A stretch of 64,000 nucleotides of DNA, taken from NCBI GenBank assembly GCA_045603585.1, contig JAZUMK010000013.1, positions 45,914 to 109,913 on the forward strand. The letters run 5' to 3'. A model generated the notes under the pieces. That model saw only the letters and a list, made by a program, of their open reading frames with translations, was not told where the DNA came from and did not search any database. The DNA is from Clostridia bacterium. Lineage in GTDB: Bacteria; Bacillota; Clostridia; Christensenellales; CAG-138. Made by a program: the position numbers and the translations under genes. Position 1 is the stretch's first letter; each line of letters starts with the position of its first letter. Shown here piece after piece: positions 56,564 through 64,000 of this stretch.

Positions 56564-57283
56564 ATGATTCGCAAAATCATCCATATAGACCAGGAAAAAT
56601 GCAATGGCTGCGGCCTTTGTGCAACTGCGTGCCACGAAGGTGCAATTGATATAATCAACGGCAAGGCACAGCTAACCAGAGAACACTTCTGCGATGGCCT
56701 TGGGGATTGCCTGCCGGCATGCCCCACCGGCGCAATAACCTTTGAGGAGCGGGAAGCGCCTGCATATGATGAGGAAGCTGTAAAGGAGAGCCAGCGCAAA
56801 AAGGCGGCCGAAGGCAATAAGCAGGCCTGTGCGGGCGGCTGCCCAGGGTCAAGGTTTATGAAGCTGGATAATGAGCACAAGGCGGAGGAAACTGCGGTCC
56901 AGGGTGGCGCAAAGCCGGTTTCCCGCCTTACCCAGTGGCCTGTGCAGATAAAGCTGCTGCCTGCCAGGGCGCCCTTCTATGATGGGGCAAAGCTGCTTAT
57001 TGCGGCGGACTGTACCGCCTATGCATACGCAAACATCCATGAGGAATTTATGAAGGGCAAGGTAACTGTCATAGGCTGCCCCAAGCTGGATGATGTGGAT
57101 TACTCCGAAAAGCTTACTGCAATTATTCGGGATAACGACATAAAGAGCGTTACCATTCTCCGCATGGATGTACCCTGCTGCGGCGGCATACAGATGGCAG
57201 CCCAGAAGGCTTTGCAAAACAGCGGCAAGTTCATTCCATGGCAGGTTGTCACCGTATCCAGAGATGGAAGAATACTGGATTAA
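56564..57283 (+). CDS. 4Fe-4S ferredoxin-domain protein
   Basis: CNGCGLCATACHEGAI and CDGLGDCLPACPTGAI cluster motifs. AGAGGAGGA RBS is present. Confidence 0.8.
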   Translation: MIRKIIHIDQEKCNGCGLCATACHEGAIDIINGKAQLTREHFCDGLGDCLPACPTGAITFEEREAPAYDEEAVKESQRKKAAEGNKQACAGGCPGSRFMKLDNEHKAEETAVQGGAKPVSRLTQWPVQIKLLPARAPFYDGAKLLIAADCTAYAYANIHEEFMKGKVTVIGCPKLDDVDYSEKLTAIIRDNDIKSVTILRMDVPCCGGIQMAAQKALQNSGKFIPWQVVTVSRDGRILD

Positions 57284-57302
57284 TACTTGTAATTAAGCGG
57301 AA

Positions 57303-57341
57303 AAGGCTGTGTTTATGTTATGTAAACACGGCCTTTTATTA
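57303..57341 (+). terminator. Rho-independent terminator
   Basis: 13-bp stem AAGGCTGTGTTTA / TAAACACGGCCTT (one G-U pair) followed by TTTTATTATT. Confidence 0.75.
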
Positions 57342-57424
57342 TTGATATTTTCAGGAATAGTAATAAAATAAAACATATAAGGAATTTATTGCACATATAG
57401 GTAATATAAAGGAGATGCTTTATT

Positions 57425-58237
57425 ATGAACCTCCGGGACAATATTCAGAGCATAATTTATGATGTTTTTCGCTCCTGTGCAGGCAATACCGTTTTTCTTG
57501 AGCAGGGAGGCCGCGAGCTTACCATATATGATGAACCGCTGATAGGCTTTGCCGATGCGGATGATGAATTGTTTGATACCTTCAAACGGGAAGATGTAAT
57601 AGGAAAAGGCTTTATGAAGCCGGAAGAATGGCTGAAGGGAGCAAAGTCTGTAATTTCAATATTTCTGCCCTTTACGGAGGATGTTCGCAGCAGCAACAGG
57701 GGTGGAGCGGATCCTTCCGAAGAATGGCTTTATGCAAGGATAGAAGGGCAGGCTTTTATCGCCCGTTTTACGGATGAGGTTGGCAAAGTATTTCAGCAGC
57801 ATGACATAAATAACTGTATACCTACCAATGACAGCCGCTTTGCCGTTGTTAAGGCAGAAGTGGATGAGGATATGCATGTTATCAGCACATGGTCCGAGCG
57901 GCATGCGGCATATGTTTGCGGCCTTGGTACATTTGGAATAACCAGAGGAATCATTACCCGCAAGGGAACAGCAGGGCGCTTTTGCAGTATTATTATCGAC
58001 AGGGCTGTGGAGGCTGATAAACGAGATTATACCGGGGTATATGATTATTGTATTCGCTGCGGTGCATGCGTGGATAAATGTCCCGTAAAGGCGATATCTC
58101 TCGATTTCGGCAAAAAGAACAGCCTGTGCGAAGCGTGGGTAAACAGCACCGGAGAAAGGTTTGCCCCCAGATATGGCTGCGGCAAGTGTCAGCTTGGCGT
58201 GCCCTGCGAAAGCGGTATTCCTTTGAGGCGGAGCTGA
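57425..58237 (+). CDS. 4Fe-4S protein, epoxyqueuosine-reductase/reductive-dehalogenase-like
   Basis: CIRCGACVDKCPVKAI ferredoxin motif near the C-terminus and a further CGKCQLGVPC motif. The family assignment is tentative. Confidence 0.55.
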   Translation: MNLRDNIQSIIYDVFRSCAGNTVFLEQGGRELTIYDEPLIGFADADDELFDTFKREDVIGKGFMKPEEWLKGAKSVISIFLPFTEDVRSSNRGGADPSEEWLYARIEGQAFIARFTDEVGKVFQQHDINNCIPTNDSRFAVVKAEVDEDMHVISTWSERHAAYVCGLGTFGITRGIITRKGTAGRFCSIIIDRAVEADKRDYTGVYDYCIRCGACVDKCPVKAISLDFGKKNSLCEAWVNSTGERFAPRYGCGKCQLGVPCESGIPLRRS

Positions 58238-58238
58238 T

Positions 58239-59147
58239 ATGCAGGATATACTCACAAGGGCGGGAAGCTATGTATTTATAATATTACTTGGCATATTCCT
58301 GAGGAAAATAGGTGTATTTAAAAGAGAAGACTTCAGAGTACTTTCAAACTTAATGGTTAAGGTGACGCTGCCTGCATCCATAGTTTATAACTTTGCCGGT
58401 TCCTCTGTTGATGCTGCATTGCTGCCAATAATGCTGATCGGCCTTATTGGCGGTATTATCTGCATGGGGATAGCCATATTGTTTTACCGCAGGCAAAGCA
58501 AGGAACAGCGGGCCTTTGCGGTTGTGAATCTTGCAGGATACAATATCAGCAATTTTACCTTGCCTTTTTTGCTTGGATTGGTTGGCACAGAGGGTATAAT
58601 GACCACCGGATTGTTTGACGCAGGCAATGCGGCAATTTGCCTTGGCGGGTCCTATGCCGTTGCGGCTATGATCAAGGATGGGACAGGCTTCTCTTTAAAG
58701 AAGATAGGCAAGGCACTTATTAAGATGCCGCCCTTTGTATGCTTTTTGATAATGATGTTTATGAATTCCACCGGGCTGAAATTTCCTGCTCCTGTGCTGT
58801 ATTGTGCAGAAATAATCGGCGGGGCGAATGCGTTCGTGGCTATGCTTATGATAGGCGTAGGCTTCAGCTTTACTCCGGACAGAGAAAAGGTAAACAGCCT
58901 TGCCCGGTGTCTGATCATACGATATGCTTCAGCGGCTGTGCTGGCTGCAGTATGCTGGTTTGTTCTGCCCTACGGCATGGAAATAAAAAAAGCATTGGTA
59001 ATACTTTTCTTCAGCCCCATCGGAGCATCTGCCCCTGCATTTACAGGGATAATCAGGGAGGATGTTGGCCTGTCCAGCATGATAAACTCCGTATCCATAT
59101 TGTGCAGCCTGGTATTCATGGTTGGATTTATGATGATAATGGCCTGA
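58239..59147 (+). CDS. AEC (auxin efflux carrier) family transporter
   Basis: Polytopic membrane protein with N-terminus ...IILLGIFLRKIGVFKREDFRVLSNLMVKVTLPA typical of the AEC family. Confidence 0.75.
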   Translation: MQDILTRAGSYVFIILLGIFLRKIGVFKREDFRVLSNLMVKVTLPASIVYNFAGSSVDAALLPIMLIGLIGGIICMGIAILFYRRQSKEQRAFAVVNLAGYNISNFTLPFLLGLVGTEGIMTTGLFDAGNAAICLGGSYAVAAMIKDGTGFSLKKIGKALIKMPPFVCFLIMMFMNSTGLKFPAPVLYCAEIIGGANAFVAMLMIGVGFSFTPDREKVNSLARCLIIRYASAAVLAAVCWFVLPYGMEIKKALVILFFSPIGASAPAFTGIIREDVGLSSMINSVSILCSLVFMVGFMMIMA

Positions 59148-59241
59148 CGGGTGCTGCATTATTTACATCCAGTTAATGAATTGCGGCGTTCTTCATGATA
59201 TAATTACATTCGTTGAATATCACATGGAGGCTATAGTTTTG

Positions 59242-60117
59242 ATGAAACGCATTATTGCTTTTATATTGGCTGCTGCCTGTATATGTTCCATGGGCACAGT
59301 ATTTGCCTATGAAGCGGGCGAGGCAAGGGCCGTAATAGGCGCAAATCTGGATCAGGAACAGGCTGCGGCAGTTTATAAGGACTTTGGCATTGAACGGGGC
59401 AGCGTAAAGGAAATCATAGTAACCAACGCTGATGAGCGTGAATACCTTGAGGGCCTTGTGGATGAGAAAAAGATAGGCAGCGTTGCGCTGTCCTGTGTAT
59501 ACATCACCATGCTTGAGGAAGGCTCCGGCCTTTCCATCAGCACCAATAATATAAACTGGTGTACCGAGCAGATGTACATAAACGCCCTTACCACCGCCGG
59601 CATAACCGATGCTAAGGTTATGGTTTCCGCTCCCTTTGCTGTATCCGGAACTGCCGCGCTTACCGGCATATATAAGGCCTACGAGGACATTACCGGAAAG
59701 TCTCTTTCAAATATTGCAAAGGCGGTAGGCGTGGAAGAGCTTGTGCTTACAGGTCAGCTTGCGGAGTACATTGGCAGCGAGGAAGCTGCGGCCCTTATAA
59801 ACGAACTTAAGGGCATACTGGATATAACAGAATCAATGTCGGATTCCGATGTAAAGAAGGAGATACGCAAGCTCGCGGATCAGTACAATGTGCAGGTAAC
59901 TGACGGACAGATAGAGCAGATACTGGGCCTTTGCCGCCAGATGGAAAAGCTGGATGTTGCAGAGCTTAAGGAAAAACTTCTTTCCATCACCGAAACCGTG
60001 GAAAAGGCAATGACCGCCAAGGAAAAGGTCAGCGAAACTTTTTCCACCGTAACCGAAAAGGTAACCGACTTTATCGGCAGCGTAACCAATTTTTTCGCAG
60101 GATTGTTTAACAAGTAA
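59242..60117 (+). CDS. Secreted DUF1002-like protein
   Basis: Signal peptide MKRIIAFILAAACICSMGTVFA, then ...VIGANLDQEQAAAVYKDFGIERGSVKEIIVTNADEREYL. Confidence 0.6.
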   Translation: MKRIIAFILAAACICSMGTVFAYEAGEARAVIGANLDQEQAAAVYKDFGIERGSVKEIIVTNADEREYLEGLVDEKKIGSVALSCVYITMLEEGSGLSISTNNINWCTEQMYINALTTAGITDAKVMVSAPFAVSGTAALTGIYKAYEDITGKSLSNIAKAVGVEELVLTGQLAEYIGSEEAAALINELKGILDITESMSDSDVKKEIRKLADQYNVQVTDGQIEQILGLCRQMEKLDVAELKEKLLSITETVEKAMTAKEKVSETFSTVTEKVTDFIGSVTNFFAGLFNK

Positions 60118-60130
60118 AGCACCCACGGCA

Positions 60131-60161
60131 AAAACTCCCGAATTTAATTTGGGAGTTTTTT
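60131..60161 (+). terminator. Rho-independent terminator
   Basis: Stem AAAACTCCC...GGGAGTTTT running into a T-run. Confidence 0.75.
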
Positions 60162-60269
60162 ATTATGTGTTTTCAATAATTTAAAGCTGATGATGCAATT
60201 TGGTTTAAATAGTATTTGGAGATAGGAGCAAATAATGGTACAATATCACAAGAAAGGCAGAGGAAAACA

Positions 60270-61106
60270 ATGTTCGGATATATCCAGCCAAACAAGGACG
60301 AGCTTAGATTCAGAGAATATAACGAATACAGAGCTTATTACTGCGGACTTTGCAAATGCATCGGCCGTGAGTTTGGCGAACACATGAAGCTGGTTTTAAG
60401 CTATGATTGTGCGTTTATTGCTCTGCTGCTGACCGCTATTGCAGGAGTGGAGAATACGCGAAAGTGCCGCTGCGTATACAAGCCCCTTTCGAGGGCGCGG
60501 ATGGCAGCGGTGGAGGATGAATACATTCGCTTTGCCGCTGATATGGATATAATCCTTGCATACTGTAAGCTGGATGATAACTGGCGGGATGATAAAAATC
60601 ACGGCGCAGCAATCGGCAAGGCCGCAATGAAGGGCGCGGTCCAAAAGGCCAAAGAACGCAGACCCGAGCTGTACAAGGCTATATATGAGGGCATTTTGGA
60701 ACTTTCCCGCATAGAGGAAGCGAATACCGCTGAAATAGACCCTCCTGCAGATGCCTTTGCCCGGATGATGAAAAATGCGGCCATGACCGCACCGGTGGAA
60801 GATGCGCACGATCGCATTGCCTTTGGCTATATGCTGTATCATCTTGGCAGATGGGTATATCTTATAGATGCATGGGAAGATAGGGAAAAGGATGCCAGGA
60901 AGGGCAGTTACAATCCCTTCCTTGCGGCAGGAGCCGACAAGGATAGAGCCGAGTTTATTATCAACTGCTCTCTCAACGAAGCTATCAATGCATACGAATT
61001 GCTGGATATCAAGGCACATGAAAGCCTGCTGGATAACATCATAAAAGACGGTTGTCCGCTGAAAAATTCAATGGTACTGGGAGGAAAAGATGATCAATCC
61101 CTATAA
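60270..61106 (+). CDS. DUF5685-like protein
   Basis: MFGYIQPNKDELRFREYNEYRAYYCGLCKCIGREFG N-terminus. Its 3' end overlaps the start of the J-domain gene. Confidence 0.55.
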   Translation: MFGYIQPNKDELRFREYNEYRAYYCGLCKCIGREFGEHMKLVLSYDCAFIALLLTAIAGVENTRKCRCVYKPLSRARMAAVEDEYIRFAADMDIILAYCKLDDNWRDDKNHGAAIGKAAMKGAVQKAKERRPELYKAIYEGILELSRIEEANTAEIDPPADAFARMMKNAAMTAPVEDAHDRIAFGYMLYHLGRWVYLIDAWEDREKDARKGSYNPFLAAGADKDRAEFIINCSLNEAINAYELLDIKAHESLLDNIIKDGCPLKNSMVLGGKDDQSL

Positions 61107-61725
61107 AGTGCTGGGAGTAAGCGAAGGGGCTTCTCAGGAGGAGATAAGGGCTGCTTATTTAAAGATGGTAAAGAAATACCATCCTGATAAGTATACCGAT
61201 TCCGACCTGAAGGAGCTTGCCAATGAAAAGCTGGTTGAGGTGAATGAAGCATACGAAATGCTTACAAAAAAGACCAACAGCTCTTCTTCCCATGCCAGCC
61301 GTGACGGCCAGGGCAGCTACAGCTCCTATGGAGGATATACCGGCACGGGAAACACATATTCCGGCCCATATTCATCAGAATTCAGCCGCGCACGCTCCTT
61401 TATAAATCAGGGCAATCTTCAGGCGGCAAAGGCTGTATTGGATGCCATATCCACCCGCAATGCAGAATGGTATTATCTGTATGGTATAATCTACCTGCGT
61501 CAGGGATGGTATGATAAGGCAAGGGAATATCTTACCATTGCATATCAGCAGAATCCCGGAAATCCCGAATATGCCGCTGCGTATAATTCCATCCGGGGTA
61601 CAGGCGGCGCATATACCCGCAGAACCGGCAATTACGGCGTATATAATTGCGGCGGCCCCTGCGCAATGCTTACAAGCGCCATGTGCTGCAGCTCATTTGG
61701 ATTCCCCGTATGCTTCTGCTGCTGA
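61090..61725 (+). CDS. J-domain protein with a TPR-like region and a Cys-rich hydrophobic C-terminal tail
   Basis: NPYKVLGVSEGASQEEIRAAYLKMVKKYHPDKY (HPD motif). C-terminus ...CGGPCAMLTSAMCCSSFGFPVCFCC. Confidence 0.8.
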   Translation: MINPYKVLGVSEGASQEEIRAAYLKMVKKYHPDKYTDSDLKELANEKLVEVNEAYEMLTKKTNSSSSHASRDGQGSYSSYGGYTGTGNTYSGPYSSEFSRARSFINQGNLQAAKAVLDAISTRNAEWYYLYGIIYLRQGWYDKAREYLTIAYQQNPGNPEYAAAYNSIRGTGGAYTRRTGNYGVYNCGGPCAMLTSAMCCSSFGFPVCFCC

Positions 61726-61814
61726 TAAAAAATTATTATTTATAATGTTAATTGTCTGCGGATGTGGCGATACTATCACTATTGATATTTAAGTGATAGC
61801 GGAGGCACAGGACA

Positions 61815-64000
61815 ATGAAACTGAGAAAATCCAGAATACTGCTGCTTGTGTTAGCCACTGCAGCAGTATTTTTTATGCTCTTTGCAGCGGTGGGCATACT
61901 TGGTATGGACAGCTGGGTCAATTTTGATTTGGAAAGGATCACGGGATGCGACAGAACTTCCGTTATATACGACTGTCACGATAAAGAAATACTCAGCCTT
62001 CATGGTGCTCAGGACAGAACATGGGTAAGCCTGGATGAATTGCCGCCGCATTTGTTGAATGCGTTTATATCCGCAGAAGATGCACGGTTTTACGATCATG
62101 AGGGAGTTGATATTATACGCATTGCCGGAGCCATAATTGCAGATATCAAAGCCGGAGGTTATGTTCAGGGTGCATCCACCATCAGCCAGCAGCTTATAAA
62201 GCTCAGCCACCTTTCCTCCGAAAAGACAATATCCAGAAAAGCCGAGGAAGCGGTGCTTGCGTATCAGATGGAAAGAAGGTGCAGCAAGCAGGATATTCTT
62301 GAGATGTATCTGAACTATGTATACTTCGGCGGAGGGTATTACGGCGTAGAAGCGGCTGCCATGGGATATTTTGGAATACACGCAAAAGAGCTTGATTTGG
62401 CGCAAAGCGCAATGCTGGCGGGGATACTGAAGTCTCCTTCAAGCTATGCGCCCCACATTGATTATGAAGCATCCATAAAAAGGCGAAATAACATATTGAA
62501 TTTAATGAATCAGTATGGATATATTTCGGCAGAGGAGCAGGCCAATGCATCGGCCGAACGCCCGATTATACTTCATGACAATATACAGGAATATTCAGGA
62601 TATTACACCGACGCTGTTGTAAAAAGCGCTGCACAGGCACTGAATATAACTACCGGGGAACTGCTTAAAGGCGGATATCGGATCTATTCTGCCATGGATA
62701 CTGAGCTTCAGCTGTATTGTGAGGAATTGTTCAATAATGACGGCCTTTTCCCTACGGATGACTGCCAGGGGGCGCTGGTTGTACAACGGCCGGAGGATGG
62801 ATTGATATCCGCAATGATAGGCGGACGGGAGCATGAAGGCAATATGGGCCTTAACAGGGCCGTGGATATCAGAAGACAGCCGGGATCTGTAATAAAGCCG
62901 ATTATTTCATACGCTCCTGCCTTTGAGTATCTCAGCTATACCGCTGCTGATATGATACTGGATGAAGAAACGGTATTCGCGGATTATATGCCGTCTAATT
63001 TCGCCGGCAAGTATTACGGCTGGGTCACCATACGGGAAGCTGTTTCAAAATCGCTTAATGTACCGGCAGTAAAAGTGCTTTCAGCGGTAGGGATAGGCAG
63101 AGCCAAGGAATTTGCATCAGCCTGCGGAATAGAGTTTGATACCAGAGATAACAGCCTGGCTTTGGCGCTGGGGGGATTCACATATGGCGTATCTCCCTTG
63201 CAGATTGCGGGAGCGTATTCCTGTTTTGCTTCAGGGGGGCAATACAATACTTCTTCCGTTATCAGGTATATTACTGATTCCGCAGGAAAGGTGCTGTATG
63301 AATACAAGTCAGAAAATAAGCGGGTAATGAGCGAAGAAAACGCCTATATTCTTACCAGTATGCTTAAAAGTGTGGTAACGGAGGGAACAGGGCACAGGTT
63401 GAATACCCTGAATATTCCCATTGCAGGCAAAACCGGGACAGTGGGAACATCGGAAGGCAACAGGGATGCATGGATGGCAAGCTATACGCCGGATTACACA
63501 GCAGTGGTGTGGATGGGGTATGACAGCGATAACCTTGGCAAGCTGCCCGCGGAAGCAACAGGGGGGACCTATCCTGCCATGATGCTGTATGAGCTGTATA
63601 GCTATCTTTATCCCGAAGGAAGCGGCAGCGATTTTATTCGTCCGGAAAGCGTCAAGGAATACAGCCTTGATGCTTACAGCCTGAAAAACCTGCATAAAAC
63701 CGTACTTGCAAATGCTTTTACGCCTGAGCAGAGCAAAATATCCGAGTTTTTTACAGCGGAAACTGCGCCGGAATTTACCACCGGATATTGGGCTATTCCT
63801 GCTGCAGCCCAGAATCTGTCCGCCGAAGCAATCGGAGATACGGTTAATATCACATTTGATTGTCCTGATGATTTCGGGGTGTATTATCTCAATAGGAGAG
63901 ATGACAGAGGAAGGGAGGCCGCGCTGGAATCCTTTAATGGAGCACAGGGGCATATACAGTTTACGGACGAAACTGTATCCGCCGGAGAACGGTATGAATA
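61815..64000 (+). CDS. Class A penicillin-binding protein (PBP1A; glycosyltransferase plus transpeptidase), 3' end outside the window
   Basis: Not in the ORF track because it is open-ended. MKLRKSRILLLVLATAAVFF TM anchor. GT51 motifs ISAEDARFYDHEGVD and GASTISQQL. Transpeptidase motif RQPGSVIKP (SxxK). Confidence 0.85.
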   Translation, partial: MKLRKSRILLLVLATAAVFFMLFAAVGILGMDSWVNFDLERITGCDRTSVIYDCHDKEILSLHGAQDRTWVSLDELPPHLLNAFISAEDARFYDHEGVDIIRIAGAIIADIKAGGYVQGASTISQQLIKLSHLSSEKTISRKAEEAVLAYQMERRCSKQDILEMYLNYVYFGGGYYGVEAAAMGYFGIHAKELDLAQSAMLAGILKSPSSYAPHIDYEASIKRRNNILNLMNQYGYISAEEQANASAERPIILHDNIQEYSGYYTDAVVKSAAQALNITTGELLKGGYRIYSAMDTELQLYCEELFNNDGLFPTDDCQGALVVQRPEDGLISAMIGGREHEGNMGLNRAVDIRRQPGSVIKPIISYAPAFEYLSYTAADMILDEETVFADYMPSNFAGKYYGWVTIREAVSKSLNVPAVKVLSAVGIGRAKEFASACGIEFDTRDNSLALALGGFTYGVSPLQIAGAYSCFASGGQYNTSSVIRYITDSAGKVLYEYKSENKRVMSEENAYILTSMLKSVVTEGTGHRLNTLNIPIAGKTGTVGTSEGNRDAWMASYTPDYTAVVWMGYDSDNLGKLPAEATGGTYPAMMLYELYSYLYPEGSGSDFIRPESVKEYSLDAYSLKNLHKTVLANAFTPEQSKISEFFTAETAPEFTTGYWAIPAAAQNLSAEAIGDTVNITFDCPDDFGVYYLNRRDDRGREAALESFNGAQGHIQFTDETVSAGERYE

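Noticed and set aside
1-64000. A search for integrase, transposase, IS inverted repeats, tRNA or rRNA genes, and CRISPR arrays.
   Set aside because: None was recognisable by eye in any frame or intergenic region. The absence of an integrase weakens the mobile-element interpretation of the spoIVB-spo0A wedge, though it does not exclude it.

Overview
The window is a chromosomal segment from a spore-forming Firmicute. Gene content suggests Clostridia, probably an Oscillospiraceae/Ruminococcaceae-like lineage, with roughly 50% GC judged by eye. Almost all genes are on the + strand. The first 22 kb follows the ancient Bacillus-type gene order: spoIIIAA-AH, asp23/amaP, nusB, folD, xseAB, ispA, (dxs), tlyA, nadK, argR, recN, spoIVB ... 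spo0A. Next come deoB, scpAB, ytfIJ, dacB and rluB. After these are a Na+-pumping oxaloacetate decarboxylase operon, a large CotH/LTD lipoprotein (- strand), a barnase-barstar pair and a two-component system with a radical SAM gene. The rest is murB-rapZ-whiA-dnaE-rlmD, followed by accessory genes ending in a partial PBP1A. No rRNA, tRNA, CRISPR array, transposase or integrase was recognised. The main oddities are listed here.
- A diverged duplication of the spoIVB 3' end and its terminator brackets a small XRE cassette. It sits at the edge of a ~5.9 kb wedge that separates spoIVB from spo0A.
- Spo0A has four of its five receiver-domain signature residues replaced.
- dxs is reduced to an 83-codon C-terminal stub.
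- spoIIIAF is only 57 codons long.
- One D,D-carboxypeptidase paralog has lost all its active-site motifs.
- A ~170-nt promoter-to-terminator structured RNA of unknown family lies upstream of the murB cluster.
All calls come from reading the translations and sequence by eye. No database search was run.
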